In this document: positions 42,832-54,788 of the stretch, one piece after another
Numbering within the stretch: the stretch's first letter is position 1
Layout of the letters: each line of letters opens with the position of its first letter
Assembly (NCBI GenBank): GCA_951406725.2
Contig: OX597816.1
Location: forward strand, 58,776,001 to 58,840,000
Origin: Octopus vulgaris
Taxonomy: Eukaryota
Length of the DNA: 64,000 bases
Direction: 5' to 3'
Program-made: the position numbers and the translations under genes
Notes under the pieces: model-generated
The model's input: the letters and a program-made list of their open reading frames with translations, nothing else
Told to the model about the DNA's origin: nothing
Databases searched by the model: none

Positions 42832-43162
42832 GAGATAAAACCACTATTAGACAAATCAAACAGTGAAAAACATAAACCAAAACAGAAATAAAATTAATTA
42901 ATATAATATACAAAATATATAAAATATAAAATTCAAAATTTAAATTATTTAATTACTTTTTATCTTATATTAAACTTTTTAATACTTTTTGATAGTTATA
43001 TATATTTAATAAAAAAATTTTTTTTTTAATTTTAACTTTAAATTTAAATTTTGAATTTTACATTTTATATATTTTGTATATTATATTAATTAATTTTATT
43101 TCTATGCTTTGGTTTATGTTTTTCACTGTTTGATTTGCCTGATAGTGGTTTTATCTCTAATT
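42827..43162. repeat. Inverted pair of P3 pLTR ends in (TA)n
   Basis: ~120-bp inverted arms. Termini match 23969-24006. Confidence 0.8.
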
Positions 43163-43250
43163 AAATATATATATATATATTTATAATGTAAAATTAGATT
43201 TTATCCTAAATCTAATTTTTCCCTGTAAGTTTGGTTTTACTCCCTAATAT

Positions 43251-43311
<61 letters not shown>

Positions 43312-43313
<2 letters not shown>

Positions 43314-43773
43314 AGGGATGACCACTAAGTGGACCTACAATATGCTAGATGTAGACCCAATATGGTCTGACCACTAAGAAAAGAATGTTCTCAAGAAAAT
43401 TCAGCAAGCGCCAGAACGTAAAGCGAGCAAGACAAATGAAAAGATACAAAATATAATGATTAGTCACATACCAGGTTTCATTGTTATCATTTACATATTT
43501 ACATATGCAAATGTTCGCGTGTATAGTTCTGCAAATCATATTTTGCTATGACGGTCACACGGATGAATTGCGGACATTTACGTATGTTAATATGTAAACG
43601 GTAACAGTGAAACCTGGTATGTGACTTATTATATTTTGTATCTTTTCATTTCTCTTGTTCGCTTTACGTTCTGGCGTTTGCTGAATTTTCTTGAGAACAA
43701 TCTTTTCTTAGTGGTGAGACCATAGGGGGTCTACACCTAGCATATTGGTGGTCCACTTAGTAGTCATCCCTCT
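43312..43773. mobile_element. 460-bp long-TIR fold-back element in TA repeats
   Basis: ~205-bp inverted arms AGAGGGATGACCACTAAGTGGACC... / ...GGTCCACTTAGTAGTCATCCCTCT with a ~50-bp spacer. Confidence 0.88.
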
Positions 43774-43889
43774 TATATGTATGTAATATAATATTTCTGT
43801 ATCTTCAGATTTTTTCAATATGCTAGGCCAATGGTTTTAAATTGATATTAATCAAATAAATATTCAATTTTTACCCTTATTATTATTAC

Positions 43890-43932
<43 letters not shown>

Positions 43933-43970
43933 TATATACATATGTATATGTACATACTTACATCTATACG

Positions 43971-44012
<42 letters not shown>

Positions 44013-44015
<3 letters not shown>

Positions 44016-44195
44016 CGTTGCCCGCTCCGGGATCTTTCTTTCCTCTCTCTTCCTTCTTTATGTTTCCGACGAAGAGCTCCGCTCGAAACGTCATACCTCC
44101 CTGCTTCCATTTCCTGAGCGCCTATTAATAATAATACTGTAATTGTTCCATTGTTGTTGTTTTTTTTTTTTTTTGTTTCCCGTTTGGATTAAAAT
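44013..44195 (+). mobile_element. P1a pLTR fragment with hammerhead-like motif at 44062-44096
   Basis: GTTT-CCGACGA-A-GAGC-tcc-GCTC-GAA-ACGT-C-ATAC. (TA)n on both sides. Confidence 0.65.
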
Positions 44196-44219
44196 TATAT
44201 ATATATATATATATATATA

Positions 44220-44490
44220 TGCATATGTGGGCACAAGACGTCACGAAACGTGTACAACAAAAAAAAACGAAGTACGAGTACATGGAATATGAAGTATTTT
44301 TCGAACAACGAAAGACACAAGTGGAAAACAAATCAAACAAGGTAAAGAACGACACTTCATCAGTTGTTGGCTGTTTTTCTACTGTCGTATTTCGAGCGTT
44401 TAACAACAATATACGCTTTCGATAAAACAGTTGTTCCCGCAAAGCAAATTAAATAAAATTTGGGATTTTGCGGAGGGTCAAAATTGGTAG
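44220..44490 (-). mobile_element. Family P2 repeat fragment
   Basis: Related to 58810-59080 (ttcccgcaaagcaaattaaataaaatttgggattt) and 10960-11145. Confidence 0.6.
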
Positions 44491-44622
44491 CACATATATA
44501 ACATATATAACTGAGTGTGTGCGTGTGTGCGCGCGTATATGTGCGCGCGTATATGTGCGTGTGTGTGTATACGTATGTATATTTGTTTGCGTTCCTTAAT
44601 CAATGATAGTGAAGCAAGACCA

Positions 44623-44842
44623 TGAGGGGTTTTTGAAAAGTTTCTGGCTTTAATGGTGCCACGAAGGGCCTGGCTGGAGGCCCAACATTCCGAGTTCTTT
44701 TACAGGGCTTAGTAAAATTGAAGGACCTCTGCAATGAGTACATGAATCTGAGAGGGGAATATGGTGAATACAGTGATTAACTGATCCGCCTGTATTTTCT
44801 TTCACCCAAAGCCAAGGACTTTTCACACACGCACCCACCTCC
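44623..44842. mobile_element. Degenerate mariner-type MITE
   Basis: Imperfect TIRs gaggggtttttgaaaagtttctggcttt / aaagccaaggacttttca. Confidence 0.5.
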
Positions 44843-44886
44843 GCCGTATAGTTTTGTATTTCTATATTCCATTAGACTAGTCTATC

Positions 44887-45224
44887 GTGGATCGCGGTTT
44901 CGATTACCAGACCGGGCGTTGTGAGTGTTTATTGAGCGAAAACACCTAAAAGCTCCACGAGGCCCCGGTAGAGAGTGGTGGCGAACCCTGCTGTACTCTT
45001 TCACCACAACTTTCTCTCACTCTTTCTTCCTGTTTCTGTTGTACCTGTATTTCAAAGGGTCAGCCATGTCATACTCTGTGTCACGTTGAATCTCCCCGAG
45101 AACTACGTTAAGGGTACACGTGTCTGTGGAGTGCTCAACCACTTACATGTTAATTTCACGAGCAGGCTGTTCCGTTGATCGGATCAACTGGAACCCTCGT
45201 CGTCGTAACCGACGGAATACCACG
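44887..45224 (+). mobile_element. tRNA-derived SINE family C, 5'-truncated
   Basis: B box GGTTTCGATTACC. Inverted homolog of 45360-45689. Confidence 0.85.
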
Positions 45225-45359
45225 TTATTAGACTAGTTTATCGATCCCATTAGACAAATCTGTAGTCACCACCCCCCATCCAGTAAGCCGGTCTTTACAG
45301 GTCCCGTTAGATCGACGAGGAAGATATATCTACTGTTTAACTTCTACCTCTGTTATTAT

Positions 45360-45689
45360 TCGTGGCACTCCGTCGGTTGCGACGACGAGGGTTCCAGCTG
45401 ATCCAATCAACGGAACAGCCTGCTCGTGAAATTAACATGTAAGTGGTTGAGCACTCCACAGACACGTGTACCCTAAACGTAGTTCTCGGGGCCCTTTGAA
45501 ATACAGGTACAACAGAGACTGAAAGAAAGAGTGAAAGAGTACAGCAGGGCTCGCCACTACCCCTTACCGGAGCCTCATGGAGCTTTAGGTGTTTCGCTCA
45601 ATAAACACTCACAACGCCCAGTCTGGGAATCGAAACCGCTATCCTACGACCGCAAGTCCGACGCCCTAACCACTGGGCCATTGCGCCTC
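45360..45689 (-). mobile_element. tRNA-derived SINE family C
   Basis: gaggcgcaaTGGCCCAGTGGttagggcgtcggacttgcggtcg...GGTTTCGATTCCC tRNA-like head. Confidence 0.88.
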
Positions 45690-45789
45690 TACAGTGTGTT
45701 ATTATACATATTAAATATATGCAAGTGTTCGAGTATATTGCCGAAAAGTTTGATCCATAAATCATTACTTTCCCTTGCGTGGCACAGGC

Positions 45790-45943
45790 CTGGCTGAGTG
45801 CAAAGAAGCTTCCCTTCCAACCACGTGGTTCCGGGTTCAGTCCCACTGCGTGACATTTTGGGCAAGTGTCTTCTACTATAGCTCCAAGCTGACCAAAGCC
45901 TTGTGAGTGGATTTGGTAGTCAGAAACTGAAAGAAACCCATCG

Positions 45944-45994
<51 letters not shown>

Positions 45995-46255
45995 TGTGTG
46001 TGTGTCTGTGTGTGTGTCTGTGTGTGTGTGTGTGTGTGTGTGAGTTTGTCCCCCCCCCGCCCCCCATGATCGCTTGACCACCGGTGTTGAAATATTTACA
46101 TCCTTGTAACTTAGCGACTTGACAAGAGAGACCGACAGAATAAGTACCAGGCTTTTTTTTTTTAATGAATAAGTACCGTAATCGATTTATTCAACTAAAA
46201 ATTCTTCAAGGCGGTACCCCAGAATGGCCGCAACCCAGTCACTGAAACATGTACA
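45790..46255 (+). mobile_element. tRNA-CORE SINE, older copy
   Basis: B box, CORE-like segment, (TG)n linker and tail. Confidence 0.85.
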
Positions 46256-46713
46256 AGAAAGGTTACGTGGAAATGCGTTTCTATTTTCTATGAAGCGTTA
46301 ACAACTGAGTTATTTCCTGGCCATTTTATGGAAACCTATCCTTTCAGACATAGTTCTTTTGCTATGATATTCAAATGTGGCCAACACAAAAGGTTCTGAC
46401 ATTAGCATTTGTAAAGCGTCTCCTTTATCTGATGTGTGTAGTTCTTAAATGAGGACGGTACCCAAGGTGTGTTTTTTTAGTAATGTGTAGTGAATATGAC
46501 ACGGGGCTGTTGAATCAGATTAGGAGGTCGCATTGTCATTGCAAATGTTTAAAGGCCTTTGTTTATAGAACTGGTGTGTCTGGGTTGCGATAGATGACGC
46601 CACTGTGGGAACGGTTATGAGGGAGAAGTATGTGTTGCTGTTGTTGTTTAACCTCAGGTCAACGTTAATCAAACGGAATTACAAAGACACTCCAGCCGTG
46701 ACCATACAGCCTG

Positions 46714-46748
<35 letters not shown>

Positions 46749-47141
46749 ACTAGAATCTCATTATTCAACATGTCCTTCTTTATGCTATGGAGAAGTGAAC
46801 TCTGAGGAAGATTTAGCTGTTATTTCAAGTAAGTACAATGACTAAATGCTCCTTCAATGGCTTCTGAAGGGTTGTTGTTGTTGTTGCTGCTGCTGCTGCT
46901 GTTGTTGTTGTTGTTGTTATTGTTAAATAGCTCCTGATCGACTGAAGGAATAAACCTTTGATTAAACGTTTCCCATCCGTGACCATCTTGTCTTTTGTGT
47001 ATCAAAGACGACATTGTTCAATGGACCTGTCTTTTATTTTAAGCCCGAACGGTGCGATTTAAGGGACATTTGGCTGCTCTTTCAAGGCAGCACATGAAGA
47101 GTGCAGCCTGTGTGTGTGTATTTGTGTGTGAGCGTGTGTGT

Positions 47142-47207
<66 letters not shown>

Positions 47208-48320
47208 TATCGTATGGCGTGACATCGAGCTTAGGTAGGGAAGAAAGAGTGAGGGGAACACAACTGATCCTTAGAGTAGACAAAAGTTATTGAAAGAAAG
47301 AAAGGAAGGAAGGAAGGAAAGAAGGAAGGAAGGAAGGAAGGAAGGAAGGAAGGAAGGAAGGAAGGAAGGAAGGGAAGGAATGGAGGGAAGGAGGGAGGAA
47401 GGAAAGAAGAAAGAATGGGAGACACATTGAGGGAGTAGTAATGAAATCTATTTAAATAGGGGAGCAAAGAAAGGGAGCAAATACGTGTGTATGCGCACGT
47501 GTGTGTGCATTGTATGTATGGGGGCGGGTTGGAGTTTGTGTTAGCTGCATATGTGTGTCTATGTGTGTGTATGTGCATGTATAAGTGTATGTGTAACTTT
47601 CTCTCTCCCTTCGTGTGTTTGTGAGGAAGAGGCAGTATGACTCTGTCTACATATTTAAGGTCTTTCAAAGATGTTGACGATGTTAATTCACTTTGGTACT
47701 TGTGACTCCCTGTACTCTCTGTCTATATGTAAATACAAAAAGGTGTATTACGTGTGGTAATTAGGTGTAACAAAGTGGTAGGTATGTGGAGTATTCGAGA
47801 TTATCCTTTCATCTCTGTCAACCCGTAAATTCCTCTCCCTTTGAAGTTAAATACCTTAACGCAATTTGAGATTAATATTTTCGTTACCTACTGCCTTCGT
47901 AAATTTCCGTAATGAGAGGCGTATGTGCAGCCCTCGGGAGCCTTTTTAGGGTCATCATCGCTGATGGAGCGAAATGAGGCAAACCCCATGGTCCTTTTAG
48001 TATCGTCATGACGGATGAGACGAAGTGGGGTGGGGGATTATCCTCAAACCAGAGAATTGCCCGAGTGGAACTCAACTGCTATCTTCCAAGGAACAGTAGA
48101 AAGTATTATACGGCGGAATAAACCAGAAAATTACATTGATGTTTAACCTAAGGCCAACGTGGACCAAACAGACTTGTATATCAGGGACTCTGTTGCCCAA
48201 ACTATCCGACTTCTTCCTCTAAGAGAGTTGGATGAGATTAGAAAAATATTTTTGCTGACTTTTTAGTATTTCGTGCGACCACGTGGAGTTTCTCCCGGTG
48301 GCCTGTAAATTATGATTGTG

Positions 48321-48382
<62 letters not shown>

Positions 48383-48383
48383 G

Positions 48384-48638
48384 ATTCTATGTTTTTTGCT
48401 TTATATTTGTACAAGTTGGCTCCAAGTCTCACCCAGAGACCTCAAGAGACAACAGGTTGGAAGTTCATGTTGTTATGCCTAGTGTGCCATATATTGGGGG
48501 GGGGGTTGTACTAATGAATGTCTAAAAAAAAATTTTTTTTTTTTTATTTTTTTTTAAAAACCGAAAATTATGTTTGTTTTAAACCTTGAGATTACATAGA
48601 AAGTATTTTGCGTAGGATATGAGCAGTTCCCATGAGCA
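48384..48638 (-). mobile_element. R4/Dong-type 3' end, family A (copy 1)
   Basis: LMGTAHILRKILSM* plus a 3' UTR nearly identical to 50503-50740. Confidence 0.85.
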
Positions 48639-48729
<91 letters not shown>

Positions 48730-48732
<3 letters not shown>

Positions 48733-49310
48733 TAGTTTTATTTTTATAGCGTGCTTTCACTTCACTACCGAGCGCAGCTCTGTGTGCCTTGGGTATGTGC
48801 TGTGATTTGTTGTGATGCTCTGATGATTATTGTATGGAAAGTGTAGGATGTATGCAGTGCCTAGTAGTGCAATTTTCTTTATGTTATATGTGCTTGCAAG
48901 TCCTGGTGTTTTTGTTATGTATTTGTCTGAATATTTTTTTATCATGCCTAATGCACCTACTATGATAGGAATTGTTTCTGTTTTTAGATTCCACATTCTG
49001 GTTACCTCTATTTCCAGGTCTTTGTATTTTGAAAGTTTCTCCATTTCTTTTAGAGACACGTTGTCATCTGCCGGTATTGATACATCAATTAGAAAGCATT
49101 TTTTTCTTCGTGATCTCTGACAACTATATCTGGTCTGTTGGCCTTAATTTCTCTATCTGTGTGTATCGGCATATCCCAGAGTATGGTTGCTTTCTCGTTT
49201 TCTGTGACCTTTTCTGGTATGTGCCTATACCATCTTTTTTCTGTTGTTATTCCATAATGTTGGCATAGCTTCCAGTGTATGTAGGTCCCAACTCTGTCGT
49301 GTCTGTGAAT
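48730..49310 (-). mobile_element. R4/Dong-type RLE endonuclease fragment, family B
   Basis: RHDRVGTYIHW...ILWDMPIHTDREIKANRPDIVV...FLIDVSIP..KEMEKLSKYKDL...PIIVGALG. Confidence 0.9.
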
Positions 49311-49360
49311 CTTCCTTCTTCTTCTTCTTCTTCTTATTATTATTATTATTATTATTATTA

Positions 49361-49451
<91 letters not shown>

Positions 49452-49530
49452 CATTATTATTATTGTTGTTGTTGTTATTGTTGTTGTTATTATCATTATT
49501 ATAATTATCATCATCATTATTATTATTATT

Positions 49531-49735
49531 AAAGCAGTGAGCTGACAGGATTGTTAGCACACCAGGCAAAACGCTTAGCGGTATCTCATCCGTCTTTATG
49601 TTCTGAGTTCAAATTCTGCCAAGGTCGACGTTGCCTTTCGAGATCGATAAAATAAGTACCAGCTGAGTACTGGAATCAATGTAATTGACTTATCCCCTCC
49701 CCCAAACTTGCTGGCCTTGTGCCAACAGTAGAAAC

Positions 49736-49737
<2 letters not shown>
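49531..49737 (+). mobile_element. Nin-domain SINE in (TTA)n
   Basis: Head aaagcagtgagctgacaggattgttagcac and core gtcgacgttgcctttc..gataaaataagtaccag. Confidence 0.8.
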
Positions 49738-49807
<70 letters not shown>

Positions 49808-49832
49808 CGTTATTATCATCATTATTATTATC

Positions 49833-50232
49833 ATTGCCTTTGCACAGCTTCTAACGCTGGAGATGTACTACAATGTCAGCTGTTCGCTACCTGTGAACTA
49901 AGGTAATACCCCTTATTTTTCGAGCACCTTCCGGAGTATTCCAGCGGTTCCAAGCAGTGCTGTTTTCTGCAAGTGCTCCACCCTTATTGCAGCCCCTATT
50001 TGTTCCACGTACTTCTCGAGATTTTTGCTCACTGTTCTCAGGGCTCCGACAATTATTGGTATTAATGCTACCTTTTTCATCGACCGCAACTGCTTAACTT
50101 CCCAAGCTAACATGTCATATCTCTCGACTTTTCTTTCTTCCTTCTCGCATATCTAGTTGTCAGCTGGGCATACTATATCTATGATCCAGCATAGTTTGTT
50201 TTCTTTCTCAATTAAGACTATGTCCGGCTTCC
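49833..50232 (-). mobile_element. R4/Dong-type RLE fragment, family C
   Basis: RKPDIVLIEKENKLCWIIDIVCP...KEERKVERY...PIIVGAL...LQKTALLGTAGILRKVLEK*. Confidence 0.9.
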
Positions 50233-50252
50233 TATTATTATTATTATTATTA

Positions 50253-50332
<80 letters not shown>

Positions 50333-50371
50333 CATCATTATTATTATTAATTATTATTATTATTATTATTA

Positions 50372-50501
<130 letters not shown>

Positions 50502-50502
50502 C

Positions 50503-50852
50503 ATTCTATGTTTGACTTTTGCTTTATATTTGTACAAGTTGGCTCCAAGTCTCACCCAGAGACCTCAAGAGACAACAGGTTGGAAGTTCATGTTGTTGTG
50601 ATGCCTAGTGTGCCATATATTTGGTTTTGTATTTAGTGTTGTACTAGTGAATGTCTAAAAAAAAACGAAAATTATGTTTGTTTTAAAACTTGAGATTACA
50701 TAGGAAGTATTTTGCGTAGGATATGAGCAGTTCCCATGAGCACTATCTTTTGAATTTCTGCCATTTTGGGGTTTCCAGGTATCTGTGTAAGGTAGCAATC
50801 AGCCCCTTTTGCTATCATTCCCAGGGCACCTATGACAACAGGTATTGTTTTA
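50503..50852 (-). mobile_element. R4/Dong-type 3' end, family A (copy 2)
   Basis: TIPVVIGALGMIAKG...IQKIVLMGTAHILRKILPM*. Confidence 0.9.
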
Positions 50853-50895
50853 CTCTTAGTTTTATTTAGTTTAGTTTTGCTTTGTTTTTGTTTTG

Positions 50896-50974
<79 letters not shown>

Positions 50975-51528
50975 GAGTGAGAGAGCAGTGCATGCTATCA
51001 AAGTGACACTGGGGTAAAATATACGAAGCCCAGTATACCCATCATGACTATCCGCCTGATAAGAGTACACTAGGCACATGCATCACAACCATACGAGCGC
51101 GACATGGTGAACTCATATCAAAATAAATAGCACATGACCTTGCAGGTAGGACCCAGTTAGAATTTTTTTCTGGTCGAGTAACCCATCTTACTCATAAGGT
51201 TCCTGAATAAGGGTTGTTTAAGGAGGTTGAACGAAACACCCATGTTTCCAGTGGGGAATTATTCAAACCCCAAAGAATCCCTCTCAACACATGGCTATGA
51301 TGCTCCCCCACTACTTCTGCTCGTGATCAGAGATGCACATATCGTCAGCCACTAAGGGACATGCTCAACTGGTTACGGTCAAGCAACTGACAAACAAATC
51401 TGTGGTATTGAGCAGAATATTTGCTGTAACCCATATTTTATACCAAGACAAAACAATGTACATGATAACACTTCAAATCAATTATGATTAGAAGCCATGA
51501 GAGCCACTGCCTGATACTGCAACAGGGC
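50975..51528 (-). mobile_element. ~555-bp non-coding element in (TAA)n, longest copy
   Basis: Partial copies at 51766-52033 and 53043-53165. Sharp microsatellite junctions and no recognisable ORF. Strand is inferred. Confidence 0.7.
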
Positions 51529-51604
51529 TTTATTATCATCATCATCATCATTATCATAATCATCATTATCATCATCATCATTATCATCATCATCATTATC
51601 ATCA

Positions 51605-51683
<79 letters not shown>

Positions 51684-51685
51684 CA

Positions 51686-51765
<80 letters not shown>

Positions 51766-52033
51766 GAGAGGTGAATTATCCAAACCTCCAAGAATTCCTC
51801 TCAACACATGGTTATGATGTTGCACCACTACTTCTGGTCGTGATCAGAGATGTACATATCGTCAGCCACTAAGGGACATGCTCAACTGGTTAAGGTCAAA
51901 CAACTGACCAGCAAATCTGTGGCATTGAGCAGAATATCTGCTGTAGCCCATCTTTTATATCAAGACAAAACAATGTACATGATAATACTTCCAATCTGTT
52001 AAGATAAGAAGCCATGAGAGCCACTGCCTGATA
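51766..52033 (-). mobile_element. Partial copy (putative 5' half) of the 555-bp element
   Basis: Aligns to ~51250-51516. Confidence 0.75.
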
Positions 52034-52066
<33 letters not shown>

Positions 52067-52067
<1 letters not shown>

Positions 52068-52725
52068 TTTGTTTTTCTTCTTTCAAATTTGCTTCCATTT
52101 CTTGCCGAGTGTCTCCCTGACTCCTAGGGCAAAGAAATTCATAGTATACATTGGTAGGCCATTAAACCAAACTCAATAGTTCGTTCATTAAAAAAAAATT
52201 TTTTTTTTAAGTTAAATTAAAATACATGAGCAGCAACAGTTCTCACATCGACAATGCTCTTCTCAATTCGTGTGATGTACCAGTTAAGACAATCTTTTGC
52301 ACTTCTTGCAGGGATGGTAAGCCAGGGATCATTCTCATATAATTTTCGGTTCCCTTCTTGATCATTCCTAGTGCTCCTACGATCACTGGTATTGTAACCG
52401 CCTTGAGATGCCACATTTTCTCAATTTCAATGAGTAGGTCTTTATATTTTCTGAGCTTGTCAAACTCTTTCACTGAGATATTATGATCACAGGGGATGTT
52501 CATGTCGATCAATAAGCAAACTTTATTGTTTTGGTCTTTCACAACAATATCTGGTTTATTGGCTTTGATGGTTCGGTCTGTATATACTGGAAAGTCCCAC
52601 AGAATGGTTACATTTTCTCCTTCAGTTACAGCCTCAGGGTGGTGATTATACCACTTGTCGGCAGTTTTGATATTGTAATGCCGACTTATTAGCCAGTGTA
52701 GATATTGGCCAACTCTGTCATGTCT
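52067..52725 (-). mobile_element. R4/Dong-type RLE fragment, family D (open frame)
   Basis: RHDRVGQYLHW...ILWDFPVYTDRTIKANKPDIVV...LLIDMNIP..KEFDKLRKYKDL...PVIVGALG...LRRALSM*. Confidence 0.92.
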
Positions 52726-52727
52726 TA

Positions 52728-52871
52728 TTGTAATGCCGACTTATTAGCCAGTGTAGTTGTAATGCCGACTTATTAGCCAGTGTAGTTGTAATGCCGACTT
52801 ATTAGCCAGTGTAGTTGTAATGCCGACTTATTAGCCAGTGTAGTTGTAATGCCGACTTTTTAGCCAGTGTA

Positions 52872-52872
<1 letters not shown>
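52728..52872. repeat. 5 x 29-bp tandem repeat at the 5' junction of family D
   Basis: Unit TTGTAATGCCGACTTATTAGCCAGTGTAG, identical to element-internal 52673-52701. Confidence 0.95.
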
Positions 52873-52939
<67 letters not shown>

Positions 52940-52952
52940 CATCATCATTATC

Positions 52953-52984
<32 letters not shown>

Positions 52985-52986
52985 TA

Positions 52987-53042
<56 letters not shown>

Positions 53043-53165
53043 GAGTGTGAGAGCAGTGCATGCCATCAAAGTGACACTGGGGTAAAATATACGAAGCCCA
53101 GTATACCCATCATGACTACCCGTCTGATAAGGGTACACCAGGCACATGCATCACAACCATATGTG
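53043..53165 (-). mobile_element. Partial copy (putative 3' end) of the 555-bp element
   Basis: Aligns to 50975-51095 with the same CACTC|AATAAT junction. Confidence 0.8.
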
Positions 53166-53318
53166 ATGCAGATTCACTTTAATTTTAGTATACTCTGAGA
53201 ATGATTTTCAAAGAAAAATATGGGTGAGAAGAAGGAATTTCAGAGGATGGCAGTTACGGAGAAAAATGAATTGTATGGGGAACGAAAAACAGTAGGGACA
53301 ATGAGAGGAGAGGCAAAT

Positions 53319-53376
<58 letters not shown>

Positions 53377-53433
53377 CATTATTATTATTATTATTGTTAT
53401 TGTTATTGTTATTGCTTTTGTTGTTGTTGTTGT

Positions 53434-54167
53434 TTTGATTCTTGCTGTTCTATTTGCGGTTGTTCTTTACTTGAAAGCAGGCAACAACAAATCACCAAAG
53501 GTTTTAAGTAGTGCCTTCTCCTGTGATTCAAAGAGACAATACTCTCCTTAGAATGCGAGCTGTACCCAACAATGCTGTCTTCTGGATCACCTCGAGCCTT
53601 ACAGCAGCTCCAATATTCTTAATATGTTTCTCAAAGCCCTTGGAAACTGTTCCTAATGCTCCAATTACCATTGGTATCACCATTCCTTTCCTCATGCCTC
53701 ATAACTTTCCTATCTCGCCCCGCAATGGCTGATATTTCTCAATCTTTTCTATTTCCTTACATTTCACTCTCGAATCGCCTGGTGTTGCAACATCTATTAT
53801 CCTTACTTCTTTTTCATCTTTATAGATGATCACGATATCTGGTCGTCTCGCCTCTATGCATGTTAAAATCCCAGAGTATTTTATAATGTTCGCTTTTTAT
53901 TGCTCCCTCTGACTTGTGCTCATATCATAGTCCGGCTCTCTTGGGGTTTGCTTTACTGCACAACAGCCAGTAGACATATCTGGCCACATTGTCGGGTCTT
54001 CTTTTATATTCGTATGGCTTATACTTTCTCCTTTCTCAGAGAACATCCTACACTGTAGCGAGTCAGTGCTTTTATCAATGGGATATTTGGAGTAGTTTGT
54101 TCTGGGAGCTTATTCTTGAACGCTGCTCACTAGTGCTTCAGTGTACTCTTTTAAGTCTCCTTTCTTT
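53434..54167 (-). mobile_element. R4/Dong-type fragment, family E (zinc-knuckle region plus RLE), decayed
   Basis: KGDLKEYTEAL..QE*APRTNY...CRMFSEKGESISH..EYKRRPDNVARYVYW...EARRPDIVI...IIDVATPGD..KEIEKIEKYQPL...IQKTALLGTARILRRVL. Confidence 0.88.
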
Positions 54168-54189
54168 ATTATTATTACTATTATTATTA

Positions 54190-54526
54190 CGTGATGAAAA
54201 CTCTCAGCTTATTTTGCTGGGTATGATGGAAAGTGTCAGCTGTCCACAGCCAGCAGACTAGGTGACACTTGTTTACTGGTCATGCTTCAAGAACCCTGTG
54301 AAGAATTCTTGAAGTTCCCAGCAATGCTAATTTTTGTAGGTGTTCTACCTTCACACTTGCACCGATCTTTTTCAGCCATGTTGGTAGTTGAGTGCTGATA
54401 CTTCCAAATGCACCAATTATCATTGGTATCACATCTACTCTCTTCATTGACCACAACCTTCGTATTTCCCACTTCAAATCATCATAGTTGTTTATTTGTT
54501 CTTCTTTCACATTAATCCTGTTGCCT
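54190..54526 (-). mobile_element. R4/Dong-type 3' end, family F
   Basis: KEEQINNYDDLKWEIRRLWSMKRVDVIPMIIGAFG...LQKLALLGTSRILHRVLEA*. Confidence 0.88.
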
Positions 54527-54546
54527 ATAATTATATTATTATCATG

Positions 54547-54620
<74 letters not shown>

Positions 54621-54733
54621 GGTTGTGTGCTGGCAGAATAGTTAGAGAGTCGAAAATTAATATACTCTATTACTCTTATATTCTTGCATAACGACAGACA
54701 TACAGACGGACAGAAAGATAGATAGATAGATAA

Positions 54734-54788
<55 letters not shown>

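Noticed and set aside
44340-44410. Hammerhead in family P2 (CTCGAAA...CTGATGAAG on the minus strand)
   Set aside because: Core words are in permuted order and I could not build consistent stems.
45615-45689. tRNA gene
   Set aside because: It is the tRNA-derived head of a SINE, continuing into the family body, with no proper acceptor stem or terminator.
50975-51528. snRNA (U2) or 7SK identity for the 555-bp element
   Set aside because: I could not match it to the conserved sequences of those RNAs by eye.
52728-52872. CRISPR-like 29-bp direct repeats
   Set aside because: No spacers, eukaryotic context, and the unit derives from the adjacent retrotransposon ORF.
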